A DNA stretch of 64,000 nucleotides from an uncultured Candidatus Binatia bacterium (GCA_965242525.1 OZ251459.1:864001-928000), one strand, 5' to 3'. Shown: positions 18,200 through 29,369, numbered from the stretch's first letter. Notes: generated from the sequence alone by a model not told the origin. Numbers and translations: made by a program.

Positions 18200-19195
18200 C
18201 TACGAATAGGGCAGCCGCGTGCCCGCGCCTGCCTCCAACGCCTTCCGGTGGAGCCATGCGGCCAGCGCCACGTCCTGGTTGACCAAGCCGACGGCGCGCA
18301 TGAATATCCGTTCCGTGCCGCTTTCCCTTCCGGGGACCTTGCCCGAGAGGATGTCCGGGAGCTCCGCATACACGTGGTCCCGGGTCAGGAAGCCTTCGCG
18401 GAGCATCCGGTCCATGTCCGACTTCTTGCTGCATTGCGCCCAACTGTCCACCACGAGCTTGCCCAGGCCCCGGTAGGCCGCGCTTTCGAGCTCCTGGTGC
18501 TTGCCGATGGAATAGACGAAGGCGCCCGCGGCGATCCATTCGGACTCGACGAAGGGCTCGGTGGCGGTGGTGGCGGACACCACCAGGTCCGCGCCCTCGA
18601 GGGCGCCGGGGGCCGTGTCCACGGGCACGACCCTGAGGCAGAGCTCTTCCCCGAGATCCCGGGCATAGGCTTCCCGGGTCTCCGGGCGGCGGGACAGCAC
18701 GCGCACCTCCTCCAGGTCGAAGGCCCGCGCCATGACGGGCAGCGTGGCCCGGGCAGTGTCGCCGGCGCCCAGCATGGCCATCACCGACGCCCCCGGACGC
18801 GCCAGAGCCTGGCAGGCCACGGTGGCCGCGGCCCCGGTCCTGACCGAGTGGCACCAGTCCTCGTCCATGATGGCGGTCACCTCGCCCCCCTCGCGGTCGC
18901 TGAGGACGAGTATGCGCCGGGGGCCCCGGGGCGGCCGTGAAGGGTCCCTGCTGCCCCCCGCGGCCTTGATGGCGCGAAAGCGGAACCCGGCCACGGGCGC
19001 GGCGTCCAGGGAGCAGCCGGTGACCCAGTACTGCCAGCCGGTCTCCGGCTTGACCGCCAGGTCTTCCGGCGTGGACCAGCCCACGCGCCCCTCGCTGTGG
19101 TCCCGCAGCGCAGCCCTCACGACGTCGATGGCCTCGCCGAGGTCCAGGAGGCGCTTGACGTCGTCGTTGGACAGGTAGAGGATTCCGTTGGCCAT
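18200..19195 (-). CDS. ornithine cyclodeaminase/mu-crystallin family protein
   Basis: RTGAA, LGAGDTAR, ADLVVSAT and AVGLVNQDVA motifs. Confidence 0.88.
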   Translation of the reverse strand: MANGILYLSNDDVKRLLDLGEAIDVVRAALRDHSEGRVGWSTPEDLAVKPETGWQYWVTGCSLDAAPVAGFRFRAIKAAGGSRDPSRPPRGPRRILVLSDREGGEVTAIMDEDWCHSVRTGAAATVACQALARPGASVMAMLGAGDTARATLPVMARAFDLEEVRVLSRRPETREAYARDLGEELCLRVVPVDTAPGALEGADLVVSATTATEPFVESEWIAAGAFVYSIGKHQELESAAYRGLGKLVVDSWAQCSKKSDMDRMLREGFLTRDHVYAELPDILSGKVPGRESGTERIFMRAVGLVNQDVALAAWLHRKALEAGAGTRLPYS

Positions 19196-19241
19196 GGGCG
19201 GCGACTCCTTGCGAGACCGGGCCGAGGGACCTGGCGGCCGC

Positions 19242-20375
19242 TTACCCGATCACGTCGAGCCGTTCCGCCCCGGCGGTCAGGAACTCGGGGCCGTTATCGG
19301 TGATGAGCACGTCCTCTTCCAGGTGGACCGAGGCCCCCGGTAGGCGCACCTTGGGCTCGATGGCCAGCACCATGCCCGGGGCCACGGTCCGGGTCTCTGC
19401 CTCGCTGATGGACGGCGGCTCGGCCCGGGCCAGTCCGATGCCGTGGCCGATGCGCTTGGGGCTGGCGACCGTGGGATAGCCGTTCCGCCGGAGCTCCGAG
19501 TTGGCCGCCCGGGGGATGTCGCTGATGGGGGCTCCCGGCTTCATGACCTCGGCGCACTGCCGGATCAGGCCATGGGCCAGCCCGTGTTCCCGGGTCTGGT
19601 CGGGGCTGGGCGCGCCGAACACCGCCATGCGGGTGATGTCGCCGTAGTACCCGGCATGGCACGCGCCGAAGTCCGCGATCATGCGGTCGCCCTTCTCGTA
19701 GCGCCGCTCGTCGTACTTCGTGGAGGCGTTCAGCATGAGGAAGCCGGGATGGCGCGGATGGGCGCCTTCCTCGATCATGGAGATGAACAGGCGCTCGGCC
19801 ACCTCCCGGCGGGTGACTCCGGCCTTCAGGTCCGGCAGCGTGCGGCGGTAGGCCCGCACGGAGATGTCGCACGCCCGCCGCAGGTTCTCCACTTCCCGCG
19901 GGCTCTTGAACAACCGCTGCTCGGTGAGCGCCGGCGAGCCGTCCTCGATCCTGGCCTTGGGCAGCGCCTCGGTGAGCCGCGTCAGGTAGTTGACCGGGAA
20001 CCCCAGCCGCTGGTCGTCGCCCAGCTCGAACCCGACCCTGGCGGAACCGAAACCCATGTCCGTCAGGAACTCGCTCAGCATCTCCTGCGGGAAGGGTACG
20101 TCCACGTAGCTCCGCACCTCGCCCAGCCAGGGCAGCGCCTCGGCCTTGGCCTTGTCGTTGCCGTACACCAGCGCGAACGGCTTGCCTTCCCTTGGAAGGA
20201 AGCAGGTCTCGGGCCGCATCACGTGGTCGAACTGGTAGCTGATGAGTCCGGTGAAGTACCAGAAGTTGTCCCGGGCCGAGACCACCATGAGGTCCAGGCC
20301 GTCCCGCTCCATGAGCCGCCGGGCCTGCGCGTGGCGCGACTCGTACTCGTCCTGTGGAAACGGCGCTTCGATCAT
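19242..20375 (-). CDS. M24 family (Xaa-Pro peptidase-like) hydrolase
   Basis: Creatinase-type N domain plus DFG..GDITR, GHGIG, IEP and LEED metal ligands. Confidence 0.88.
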   Translation of the reverse strand: MIEAPFPQDEYESRHAQARRLMERDGLDLMVVSARDNFWYFTGLISYQFDHVMRPETCFLPREGKPFALVYGNDKAKAEALPWLGEVRSYVDVPFPQEMLSEFLTDMGFGSARVGFELGDDQRLGFPVNYLTRLTEALPKARIEDGSPALTEQRLFKSPREVENLRRACDISVRAYRRTLPDLKAGVTRREVAERLFISMIEEGAHPRHPGFLMLNASTKYDERRYEKGDRMIADFGACHAGYYGDITRMAVFGAPSPDQTREHGLAHGLIRQCAEVMKPGAPISDIPRAANSELRRNGYPTVASPKRIGHGIGLARAEPPSISEAETRTVAPGMVLAIEPKVRLPGASVHLEEDVLITDNGPEFLTAGAERLDVIG

Positions 20376-20458
20376 GCGGCAACCTCCGGGTCGGGATCGA
20401 AAACCGGGATACTAGCAACCGAACGCGGGACCGGCAAACGTCCCGCGGCTGCGAGCGG

Positions 20459-21847
20459 TCAGAACTCCGCGGAACCGGGCGCGCGGGGAAAGGGGATCAC
20501 GTCCCGTATGTTTCCCATGCCGGTCAGGAACTGGACCAGGCGCTCGAAGCCCAGGCCGAAGCCCGCGTGGGGCGCCGAGCCGTAGCGCCGCAGTTCCAGG
20601 TACCACCAGTATTCCTGCGGGTCCAGCCCGCATTCCCGGATGCGCCCCTCCAGTTGCGCGAGCCGGTGCTCCCGCTGCGAGCCGCCGACGATCTCGCCGA
20701 TCCTGGGCGCCAGCACGTCCATGGCCGCCACGGTCCGCTCGTCGTCGTTGACGTACATGTAGAACGCCTTGATCTCCTTGGGGTAGTCGATGACGATCAC
20801 CGGCCGACGCACGTGCTCCTCCACCAGGTAGCGCTCGTGCTCGCTCTGCAGGTTGACCCCCCAGGACACCGGATGGTCGAACGAGCGCCCCGAGCGCCGG
20901 AGGATGTCCACCGCCTCTGTATAGGTCATGCGCTCGAAGGGCAGGTCGACGATGCCCGTCAGGGTCTCGATGACGGTGTCGTCGATGCGCCGGTCGAAGA
21001 AAGCCATGTCGTCGGGACAGCTCTCCAGCACGCTCTTGACCAGGTCCTTGAGGAAAGCCTCCGCCAGGTCCATGTTGCCCCGGATATCGCAGAACGCCAT
21101 CTCCGGCTCCACCATCCAGAACTCGGCCAGGTGCCGGCTGGTGTTGGAGTTCTCCGAGCGGAAGGTCGGCCCGAAGGTATAGACGTCGGTGAGGGCCAGG
21201 GCGGCGATCTCCGCCTCGAGCTGCCCGGAGACCGTAAGCCGCGCCTCCTTCCCGAAGAAGTCCCGGGAGTAGTCCACTTGGCCGGCCCCGGTCCGCGGCG
21301 CGCTGCCGGGGTCCAGGGTCGAGACCCGGAACATCTCGCCGGCCCCTTCGCAGTCGGACAGCGTGATGATGGGGGCGTGCAGGTGGATGAAGCCCCGGTC
21401 CTGGAAGAACCGGTGGATGTGGCGCGCCGCGGCGTTCCGCACCCGCATCACCGCGCCGAACGTGTTGGTGCGCATGCGCAGGTGCCCCAGGGTGCGCAGG
21501 AACTCGAAGCTGTGGCGCTTCTTCTGGAGCGGGTAGTCGTCGTCCGCGGCCCCCACCACCTCCACCGCCCGGGCCCGTATCTCGTGGCGCTGCCCCTTGC
21601 CCGGCGACTCCACCAACGCGCCGGTGACCCGCACGCACGAGCCGGTGGTGAGCTTGCCGACCTCGGTCTCGTAGTTGGGCAGGCCCGGGGCCGCCACCGC
21701 CTGGACGCCGGCCATGCACGACCCGTCGGAGACGTCGAGGAACGAGACGTTCTTGCTGTGGCGGACCGTGCGCAGCCACCCCTCCACGGTCACGTCCTCG
21801 GCCGCCTCGCCCCGGTCCAGCAGATCCTTGATCCGTACTTTTCCCAT
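20459..21847 (-). CDS. asnS: asparagine--tRNA ligase
   Basis: [26 protein letters not shown] and GFGLGFER motifs. Confidence 0.97.
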   Translation of the reverse strand: MGKVRIKDLLDRGEAAEDVTVEGWLRTVRHSKNVSFLDVSDGSCMAGVQAVAAPGLPNYETEVGKLTTGSCVRVTGALVESPGKGQRHEIRARAVEVVGAADDDYPLQKKRHSFEFLRTLGHLRMRTNTFGAVMRVRNAAARHIHRFFQDRGFIHLHAPIITLSDCEGAGEMFRVSTLDPGSAPRTGAGQVDYSRDFFGKEARLTVSGQLEAEIAALALTDVYTFGPTFRSENSNTSRHLAEFWMVEPEMAFCDIRGNMDLAEAFLKDLVKSVLESCPDDMAFFDRRIDDTVIETLTGIVDLPFERMTYTEAVDILRRSGRSFDHPVSWGVNLQSEHERYLVEEHVRRPVIVIDYPKEIKAFYMYVNDDERTVAAMDVLAPRIGEIVGGSQREHRLAQLEGRIRECGLDPQEYWWYLELRRYGSAPHAGFGLGFERLVQFLTGMGNIRDVIPFPRAPGSAEF

Positions 21848-21956
21848 GAAGCCTGCTCGCGCGGCGTTCCGAAACCCGCGTCCCGCGGGACGCCCTGCCG
21901 GCCGGCCCGGACATGCGTCCGGGGTCCCGGCTTTCCCCGACGGCCTTCCCGAAGGG

Positions 21957-22745
21957 TCAGGCGCGCTCGCGCACCACCGGGTTGCGCAGCGTGCCGATGC
22001 CGCTGACCGTGACCTCCACCACGTCGCCGTCCTCCATGTTCTCCGTGGCGCCTTCCGTGCCCATCCAGAGGACGTCGCCGGGGACCAGGGTCAGGTAGCG
22101 GCTCATGGCGCTGACGTAGTGGGCCACTCCGAAGATGGCGTCCTTCACGTCGTACTCGCCCACCACCCGCTGGTTGAGGGTGATGGCGACGTGGAGCCGG
22201 TCGGGGTCCAGGTCCGTGACGATCCACGGGCCCATGGGCTTGAAGGTGTCGGTGTTCTTGGCGCGCCAGAGCGTCCGGTCGGACTTCTGCCAGGCGCGCT
22301 CGCTCACGTCGTTGCCGATGGTGTAGCCGAACACGTAGTCCAACGCCTCGCCCTCGGGCACGTTGCGGCACTTCCGACCGATCACCGCCACCAGCTCGCC
22401 CTCGTACTGGACCTGCCCGGAAGCGTCCGCGGGGATGACGATGGCGTCGCCGTGGCCCACCAGGGCGTTGACCGCGCGGTACCCCACGTCGGCCTTGCCG
22501 GGGAGCGCAGGCTCCTCGCCCCGAAGGCCGGCGGCATAGGTCGCGTGCTCCCGGTAGTTGACCCCCGCGGCGTAGAAGGTGGGCGGGACCACCGGAGGCA
22601 GCAGCTGGACGGCGTCGAGTCGGTGGGTCTCTCCGGTGACCCGGTAGTTCTCGAACGGGCTGCCTGCGACCACGGCGACCTCGTCCTCGTCGCCGATGAC
22701 GCCGAACCCGGTCCGGTGGTCCTTCCTGAACCTGCACCACTTCAT
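21957..22745 (-). CDS. fumarylacetoacetate hydrolase family protein
   Basis: [17 protein letters not shown] and [13 protein letters not shown] motifs. Confidence 0.9.
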   Translation of the reverse strand: MKWCRFRKDHRTGFGVIGDEDEVAVVAGSPFENYRVTGETHRLDAVQLLPPVVPPTFYAAGVNYREHATYAAGLRGEEPALPGKADVGYRAVNALVGHGDAIVIPADASGQVQYEGELVAVIGRKCRNVPEGEALDYVFGYTIGNDVSERAWQKSDRTLWRAKNTDTFKPMGPWIVTDLDPDRLHVAITLNQRVVGEYDVKDAIFGVAHYVSAMSRYLTLVPGDVLWMGTEGATENMEDGDVVEVTVSGIGTLRNPVVRERA

Positions 22746-24235
22746 TCGGGGGCCTCCTTCTCGAACCTCCGCGGCGGACCTTGCCCCGCCCGCCAGGGCT
22801 CCATGAAGTCCCGCACCCGGGTCGGCTCCAGCGCCTCCCGGGACGCGCACGTCCGCAGGATGCTCTCGCACGCGGCCTCCGGCAGCCGCGCCCGCAAGTG
22901 CCGCTCGAACTTGTCGCGCAGCAACGGCGTCCCCTCTTGCCGCCGCCGCCGGTGGCCGACGGGGTAGGGGACTTCCACCCGGGGCGTGGAAGAGCCGTCG
23001 CGGAAGAAGACCTGGACGGCGTTGGCGATGGCCCGCTTTTCGGGGTCGAGGTAGTCCGCGGTGAAGCGCGGGTTCTCCCGGACCTCCATCCTTTCCCGCA
23101 GGGCGTCCACCCGCGGGTCTGCGGCCGCCTCGTCCTCGTAGTCCCGGGCCGTGAGCCTGCCGTGGATGAGCGGTACGGCCACCATGTACTGGAGGCAGTG
23201 GTCCCGGTCCGCGGGGTTGTCCAGGGGTCCGGTCTTGTGGATGATGCGCGCGCCCGCCTCCTGGGTCTCGACCACGATGCGCCGGACGTCCCCGAGCCGG
23301 TCCTTCACCGCGTGGTGCAGTCGGAGCGCGGCCTCCACCGCGGTCTGGGCGTGGAACTCCGCGGGAAACGAGATCTTGAACAGCACGTTCTCCATGACGT
23401 AGCTGCCGTAGGGTTGCGGGAAGGAAAAGGGACGGCCCCGGAACAGCACGTCGTAGTAGCCCCAACCCCTGGCCGACAGGGCCGAGGGGTAGCCCATCTC
23501 CCCCCGGAGCGCCATCAACGCCAAGCGCACGGCGCGGCTGGCGGCGTCGCCCGCGGCCCAGCTCTTGCGGGAGCCGGTGTTGGGCGCGTGGCGGTAGGTC
23601 CTGAGGGCGCCGCCGTCGATCCAGGCGTTGGAAAGGGCGTTGACCACCTGCTCCCGGGAACCCCCCAGCATGGCCGCGGCCACCGCGGTGCTGGCCACCC
23701 GCACCAGCAGCACGTGGTCCAGCCCCACGCGGTTGAAGCCGTTCTCCAGCGCCATGACCCCCTGGATCTCGTGGGCCTGGATCATCCTCGTCAACACGTC
23801 CTCCAGGGTGACCGCCGGCCCTCCGGTCCGCTCGGAGCGCCGGTCCAGGTAGTCGGCCACCGCCAGGATGGCGCCCAGGTTGTCCGATGGGTGGCCCCAT
23901 TCGGCCGCCAGGAAGGTGTCGTTGAAGTCCAGCCAGCGGATCATGGCGCCGATGTCGAACGCAGCCTGGACCGGGTCCAGCTCGTAGGGGGTGCCGGGCA
24001 CGCGGGCGCCGCCGGCCAGGGTCGCCCCGGGCACCACCGGACCCAGCAGCCGGGTGCAGGCGGGGAAGTCCAGGGCCGCCAGGGCGCAGCCCAGGCTGTC
24101 CATCAGGCACAGGCGCGCGGTCTCCCGGGCCTCGTCCGGGAAGCGGGCGTCGGCCAGGACGTAGTCCGCCATGTCGGAGAGCACGGCGTCGGGTTCGGGG
24201 CGCCGGGCTTCGCGGACGGGAGGAAGGTCGGTCAT
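22742..24235 (-). CDS. prpD: 2-methylcitrate dehydratase
   Basis: WLDFNDTFLAAEWGHPSDN, RKSWAAGDA and FPAEFHAQTA motifs. Confidence 0.95.
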   Translation of the reverse strand: MTDLPPVREARRPEPDAVLSDMADYVLADARFPDEARETARLCLMDSLGCALAALDFPACTRLLGPVVPGATLAGGARVPGTPYELDPVQAAFDIGAMIRWLDFNDTFLAAEWGHPSDNLGAILAVADYLDRRSERTGGPAVTLEDVLTRMIQAHEIQGVMALENGFNRVGLDHVLLVRVASTAVAAAMLGGSREQVVNALSNAWIDGGALRTYRHAPNTGSRKSWAAGDAASRAVRLALMALRGEMGYPSALSARGWGYYDVLFRGRPFSFPQPYGSYVMENVLFKISFPAEFHAQTAVEAALRLHHAVKDRLGDVRRIVVETQEAGARIIHKTGPLDNPADRDHCLQYMVAVPLIHGRLTARDYEDEAAADPRVDALRERMEVRENPRFTADYLDPEKRAIANAVQVFFRDGSSTPRVEVPYPVGHRRRRQEGTPLLRDKFERHLRARLPEAACESILRTCASREALEPTRVRDFMEPWRAGQGPPRRFEKEAPE

Positions 24236-24264
24236 GGGCCGGGTTCTTTTCGATACGGCGGGCG

Positions 24265-25146
24265 CTACCCCCTGGAGAAGAGGGCGTCCAGCTTCCGCTC
24301 GTAGTCGTGGTAGCGGAGCGCCTCGTAGAGTTGCTCGCGGGTCTGCATCCGGTCCGTCAGGCCGCGCTGGGTGCCTTCTTCGCGGATCGCGCGATAGACG
24401 TCGACGGCGGCTTGGCTCATGGCGCGGAAGGCCGAAAGGGGGTAGAGCGCGAGCCCCACGCCGCAGCCCCGCAGCTCCTCCACGGAGAAGAGCGGCGTGC
24501 GCCCGAACTCTGTGAGGTTGGCCAGCACAGGCGCATCCGTTGCCTGGCAGAAGGCGCGGTACTCCTCCAGCGTTCGGAGCGCCTCCGGGAAGACCATGTC
24601 GGCCCCGGCCTCCACGTAGCGCCGCACCCGCTCCAGGGCCGCGTCCATCCCCTCGCCGGCCAACGCGTCGGTGCGGGCCATGACCACGAACCGGGGGTCC
24701 GTCCGGGCGTCCACCGCGGCCTTGATGCGGTCCACCATCTCGTCTCCGGAGACCATCTGCTTGTTGGGCCGATGGCCGCACCGCTTGGCCTGCGCCTGGT
24801 CCTCGATGTGCAGGGCCGCGGCCCCGGCCCGTATCATCTCCTTCACCGTGCGGGCGATGTGGAAGGCCGTGCCCCACCCGGTGTCCACGTCCACCAGCAG
24901 GGGCAGGGAAGTGGCCCCGGTGATGCGCCGCGCGTCTTCGAGCACGTCGTTGAGCGTGGTGATGCCCAGGTCCGGCTGCGCGAACGAGGCGTTGGCCACC
25001 CCCGCCCCGGACAGGTACAGCGCACGGAATCCCTGCCGCTCCGCCAGCAGGGCGCAGTAGGCGTTGACGGTCCCCACCACCTGGAGCGGGCGTTCGTCCT
25101 CCACCGCCTGACGGAACCGCGCCCCGGCCGAACTGTGCTGCTCCAT
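24265..25146 (-). CDS. prpB: methylisocitrate lyase
   Basis: [16 protein letters not shown] and [10 protein letters not shown] motifs. Confidence 0.95.
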   Translation of the reverse strand: MEQHSSAGARFRQAVEDERPLQVVGTVNAYCALLAERQGFRALYLSGAGVANASFAQPDLGITTLNDVLEDARRITGATSLPLLVDVDTGWGTAFHIARTVKEMIRAGAAALHIEDQAQAKRCGHRPNKQMVSGDEMVDRIKAAVDARTDPRFVVMARTDALAGEGMDAALERVRRYVEAGADMVFPEALRTLEEYRAFCQATDAPVLANLTEFGRTPLFSVEELRGCGVGLALYPLSAFRAMSQAAVDVYRAIREEGTQRGLTDRMQTREQLYEALRYHDYERKLDALFSRG

Positions 25147-25268
25147 GCCCGTACCCCCGTTGGTCCCCCTCGTTGGCTCCCGATCCGCAGCAACGACTAT
25201 CCGAACCGGCGTTTCGTGTCAACGTGGGCCTGCGCCGCCCGCCCATGGTCGAGGGGCCCCCGCACGCC

Positions 25269-25910
25269 TCAGAAATAGCCCAGGTCCAGGGGGTCCAGCC
25301 GTTTCAGGTGGCTCACGTCGCCCCAAGTCTCCAGGGTCCAGGCGCCGTCCCGGTATCGGAACAGGTTGACGCTGGCGTTCTTGAAGGCAAAGCGCCGGGG
25401 GGCGTCCAGAGGGATGGCGAGGGTGTGGCGGAACAGCGCGCTCAGGACGCCGCCGTGGGTGACCACCATGACGACCTCCCCGGGGTGCCGCCGGGCCAGT
25501 TCTTCCAGGCAGAGGATGTTCCGCGCGGTCTGGTCCCGGAAGCTCTCCCCCCCGGGCACGGCGTAGTCGGCGCCGTTGTTGCGGTGCTCGTCGTACTCCC
25601 GGGGGTAGCGTTCCCGGATCTCGTCGCCGCTGAGGCCCTGGAAGACCCCCAGGTGCCTTTCGCGCAGGCGCCGGTCCGGGATGATTTCGTGTCCGGTCCG
25701 CGCCGCGATGACCCGGGCGGTCTCGAACGCGCGGCCCAGGTCGCTGCTGTAGATGGCGGTGCAGCTTTCCGGGCCGAACCGTTCCGCCAGGGCTTCCGCC
25801 TGCCCTCGTCCCTTGGCGGTGAGGGTGCTGTCCAGGTGGCCCTGGCGCCGACCCTCGATGTTCCACTGGGTCTCCCCGTGCCGCACGACGATGACGAGGG
25901 TGGCCTCCAT
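25269..25910 (-). CDS. histidine phosphatase (phosphoglycerate mutase family)
   Basis: VRHGET, SSDLGRA, GGES and VTHGG motifs. Confidence 0.9.
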   Translation of the reverse strand: MEATLVIVVRHGETQWNIEGRRQGHLDSTLTAKGRGQAEALAERFGPESCTAIYSSDLGRAFETARVIAARTGHEIIPDRRLRERHLGVFQGLSGDEIRERYPREYDEHRNNGADYAVPGGESFRDQTARNILCLEELARRHPGEVVMVVTHGGVLSALFRHTLAIPLDAPRRFAFKNASVNLFRYRDGAWTLETWGDVSHLKRLDPLDLGYF

Positions 25911-26008
25911 CCCGTCCATCCTAGCCAATGGACCCCGAAAACGCCATACGGAACCCTTGGACAAGCGGGGGAGGCGAGGCGCGCGTCGAAGCCAACGACG
26001 CGGGAATA

Positions 26009-26086
26009 TGGCGTCCCCGACGGGATTTGAACCCGTGTTGCCGGCGTGAAAGGCCGATGTCCTGGGCCAGGCTAGACGACGGGGAC
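26009..26086 (-). tRNA. tRNA-Glu(TTC)
   Basis: Minus strand GTCCCCGTCGTCTAGCC...CTTTCAC...GGTTCAAATCC...GGGGACGCCA cloverleaf with encoded CCA. Confidence 0.95.
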
Positions 26087-26190
26087 CGATACGGACCAGC
26101 AATTCATGGTTAGCAGAAAACCGGGACGTTGGAAACCTGGGGCGCGCTCCAGCCCGCGGGACGGACGCCGGGCGTGGCTGCGGCGTTGGT

Positions 26191-26266
26191 TGGTGAGCCG
26201 TGCCGGGATCGAACCGGCGACCCTCTGCTTAAAAGGCAGATGCTCTACCTGCTGAGCTAACGGCTC
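26191..26266 (-). tRNA. tRNA-Lys(TTT)
   Basis: Minus strand GAGCCGTTAGCTCAG...CTTTTAA...GGTTCGATCC...CGGCTCACCA. Confidence 0.95.
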
Positions 26267-26296
26267 ATGGAAGGTCGGAACGGTTCGTCCTCGTCT

Positions 26297-26333
26297 CCGT
26301 TCGTCCCGAGCGTAGCGGAGTCGAAGGACGTGC
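26297..26333 (+). repeat. REP-like family A, shortened copy
   Basis: CCGTTCGTCCCGAGCGTAGCGGAGTCGAAGGACGTGC. Confidence 0.75.
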
Positions 26334-26588
26334 TCTTCCTGTTCCGGTCGTCTTGACGAATGCGCGCCTTGCGGTTCGACGAGCGCCGACGGTCCAGTGT
26401 AACAGACTGTCCGTTCCGGGCAAGCCGCGCGGGACTTCCGCGAGCGCGGGGTCCGGCGGGCGTCCGCGTTCCTCGCTACGGCCTGCCTGATTTGTTACAC
26501 ATGGAGGTTCCCGTGCCGGAAGCCGGGCGCGCCCGGTGGTTCCGGCTTCGAGGGCAGGGGAGCGAAAGACGGGAAGGGAGGGCCGGCC

Positions 26589-27677
26589 ATGCTGCTGATC
26601 GCCGATCCGGACGTGAAAGAGGTGCTCCGCGTGGAGGACATCATCGACCACATGGAGCGCGCCTTTGCGGAAGAGGCCAGGGGAATCGCGGTGAACAAGC
26701 CGCGCACCCGGTACAAGGTGCCGCCGGACAGGGATTCCGACGGCTACATGGCGAACATCATCCCCGGCGCGGTCCCGAGCTCGGGCGTGGCCGCGCTCCG
26801 GTACGACTCCATCGTGGTCAGGGAGCGCGTGGTGGAAGGGCTCAAGAGGATGGACTTCCCCTATCCCGCGCGGCGGAGTTGGGGTTTCGTGCTCCTGTTC
26901 GACCTGGAGAGCGCCGAGCCGCTGGCCATCATACACGACTTCAGCCTTTCGGCGATGCGGGTGGGGGCCACCACCGGGGTGGCCGTCCGGTCCCTGTCCC
27001 GGGAGGACAGCCGGGTGGTGGGGCTGTTCGGTTCGGGCAACGAAGCCGAGCAGAACCTTGCCGCCATCTGCGCCGTGCGCCCGGTGAGGGAGGTGCGCGT
27101 CTTCAGCGTCACCCGGGAGCACCGGGAAAGGTTCGCCCGGGAGATGACCGGCAAGCTCGACGTCCAGGTCCGCGCGGTGGACAACGCCAGGGCGGTGGTG
27201 GAAGGAGCGGACATCGTCATGTGCGCCACCAACGCGAGCCGTCCGGTCTTCGACGGGGACTGGCTCGCGCCCGGCCAGTTCGTGACCACCATCGTCAACA
27301 GCGACGGCGTGCACCGCCGCACCGAGGCCGACCCGACCACTTTCACGCGAGCCGACCTGATCGTCATCAACAACCGGGAGACCGCGCTCCACAACCAGCA
27401 GAGGGAGATGCTCGACCTGATCGACGAGGGAAGGATCGGCTGGGACCGGATCTGCGAGTTGGGGCAGGTCCTGATCGGCGGGAACCCGGGACGGAAGAGC
27501 GGCGAGGACATCATCTACTACAAGAGCAACACGGGCGTCGGGATACAGTTCGCGGCCGCGGGGGCCGTCATCTACGAGGCCTGCAAGAAGAAGGGGTTGG
27601 GCCGCGAGTTGCCGACCTCGTGGTTCGGCGCGGACGTGGGCGAATGGCTGGACAAGGGCTTCATGCCGTCTCCGTGA
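26589..27677 (+). CDS. ornithine cyclodeaminase/mu-crystallin family protein
   Basis: MRVGATTG, FGSGNEA, ADIVMCATN and GVGIQFAA motifs. Confidence 0.88.
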   Translation: MLLIADPDVKEVLRVEDIIDHMERAFAEEARGIAVNKPRTRYKVPPDRDSDGYMANIIPGAVPSSGVAALRYDSIVVRERVVEGLKRMDFPYPARRSWGFVLLFDLESAEPLAIIHDFSLSAMRVGATTGVAVRSLSREDSRVVGLFGSGNEAEQNLAAICAVRPVREVRVFSVTREHRERFAREMTGKLDVQVRAVDNARAVVEGADIVMCATNASRPVFDGDWLAPGQFVTTIVNSDGVHRRTEADPTTFTRADLIVINNRETALHNQQREMLDLIDEGRIGWDRICELGQVLIGGNPGRKSGEDIIYYKSNTGVGIQFAAAGAVIYEACKKKGLGRELPTSWFGADVGEWLDKGFMPSP

Positions 27678-27806
27678 GCCGGAGGCGGTCCGCGCACGAC
27701 GCGGTCCGGGGCGCGCCGTTGACAGGGAGCCGGGCTTGCTCTATCGGATGCCGTGGGAAGGGAACCGTCAGGAAAACGGGAAAACGACCATCGGGAGGAG
27801 AGAGGA

Positions 27807-28241
27807 ATGGAAGCACAGACCTTTACCGTGAAGACCCCCTGCATCACCGGCGGCCGGAGCCACATGCCGCTGGTGCGGACGGACGTTCTGATGAGCGGCC
27901 TCAACTACTACGCGCCGGGGCGGAAGAACAAGCTGCACACGCACCCCGGCGAAGACCATCTGTTCGTGGTGCTGGACGGCGAGGCGACCTTCTTCGACAG
28001 GCAGGAGAAGCGCACGGTCCTCGGGAAAGGGGACGGCATCCTCCTGCCCGAAGGCCACTACTACCAGTTCGAGAACACCGGCGACACGCCGCTGGCGCTG
28101 CTGCGCTTCGCCGCCTACAAGGCCGACCGGAAAGAGGTCCGCCGCGTCGAGGCCTCCGGCAACACCCGCACCGAGGACGAGATGGACTACGTGTGCGTGG
28201 ACGGCGACCCCATCGAAGGACAGGAGTGGAAGCTGGCCTGA
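27807..28241 (+). CDS. cupin domain protein
   Basis: HTHPGEDHLFVVLDG..LPEGHYYQFEN; RBS GAGG; TTGACA-17-TATCGG at 27719-27747. Confidence 0.85.
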   Translation: MEAQTFTVKTPCITGGRSHMPLVRTDVLMSGLNYYAPGRKNKLHTHPGEDHLFVVLDGEATFFDRQEKRTVLGKGDGILLPEGHYYQFENTGDTPLALLRFAAYKADRKEVRRVEASGNTRTEDEMDYVCVDGDPIEGQEWKLA

Positions 28242-28256
28242 CGCCGGCCCCGGCCG

Positions 28257-29369
28257 TCAGAACAGGTCGGGGAAGCAGTCGTTCGGGAGCTCCCGTCCGA
28301 CGCCCCGGCTCAGCGCGGCCTCATAGACCGTCCCGGCGACCGCGGCGAACTGGAGTCCGAAACCGACGCTGTTGTCGAAGCAGGTGACCTGGGCGGGGTC
28401 GGTCCGGCCCGGGTGGCGTCCCGACAGGAGGTCCGGCAGGTCGGGGACGTTGCGCCAGTCCACCTCCACCGCGTCGCCGGGCGGATAACCCTTCTCGATG
28501 TCCAGCTTGACCTCCTCCGGGAACGGTTCCTCCCGGGAGCGGGAGATGAAGGTGTCGGGTCCCAGGTTGTCCCTGGAGTTGACCGCGAGGACGTCGAAAC
28601 CGCGGAAGGCGCCGGGGGCTATCTCGCAGTGGCGCACCGAGCACACGTACATGCCGGGTTCCAGCCAGTCTCTTTCGATCACCGGCGCAAGGGAGTTGGT
28701 CGCCAGGACCACGATCTCGCTTCCGCGGACGGCTTCCTCGGGAGCGTCCACCGCGGCCGCGTCCAGACTTCCATCGGTTTCGAGTTCCTGGACGAAGCGT
28801 TGCCTGTGCAAGGGGTTGGGGCTGAAAACTCGAACGGACTCGATGTTCCGCGCGGTTCGCAGGGCGTCCAGGTGGGCGCGGGCCATGAAGCCCGTCCCGA
28901 GCAGGCCCACGGTGGCGGATCGGGCGCCGGCCAAGTGTCTGGCGGCGAGGGCGGCCGCGGCTCCCACGCGGAGGTTACGGATGTGCCCTTCGCTGACCAG
29001 CGCGAGCAGGTCGCCGTCTTCCACCCCGAACAGGAGGATCAGGCCCCGGGTGACGCTGTGGGCCCTCCGGGTCCCGGGGGTTCGCTCCCGGCGAAAAACG
29101 CCGTCGCGCTCGCGCCAGAAGACCTTGTCCGTAAGGAACCGGATGGCGGCGTATTTCCGGGTGGCCGCCGACATGGTCTTCAGCATGTGGCAGCCCGGCA
29201 ACACGGCGCCGTCCGCGTCCACGTGGGAATCGGGGGTGAGGAGGTCGATCCTGGGACTGGTGACGGCGGCGCCGGCGCCGAGGTCCCGGTAGGCCTCGTC
29301 GAGGGCCGAGATGCACCGCCCCATGTCGAGGAGCCGTTGCACGTCCCGGTTGTCGAGAGCGAGGACCAT
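28257..29369 (-). CDS. ornithine cyclodeaminase/mu-crystallin family protein
   Basis: RVGAAAALA, LGTGFMAR and GFGLQFAA motifs. Confidence 0.86.
   Translation of the reverse strand: MVLALDNRDVQRLLDMGRCISALDEAYRDLGAGAAVTSPRIDLLTPDSHVDADGAVLPGCHMLKTMSAATRKYAAIRFLTDKVFWRERDGVFRRERTPGTRRAHSVTRGLILLFGVEDGDLLALVSEGHIRNLRVGAAAALAARHLAGARSATVGLLGTGFMARAHLDALRTARNIESVRVFSPNPLHRQRFVQELETDGSLDAAAVDAPEEAVRGSEIVVLATNSLAPVIERDWLEPGMYVCSVRHCEIAPGAFRGFDVLAVNSRDNLGPDTFISRSREEPFPEEVKLDIEKGYPPGDAVEVDWRNVPDLPDLLSGRHPGRTDPAQVTCFDNSVGFGLQFAAVAGTVYEAALSRGVGRELPNDCFPDLF

Noticed and set aside
26009-26266. tRNA-anchored genomic island
   Set aside because: No integrase nearby, and I saw no duplicated tRNA 3' end in the window
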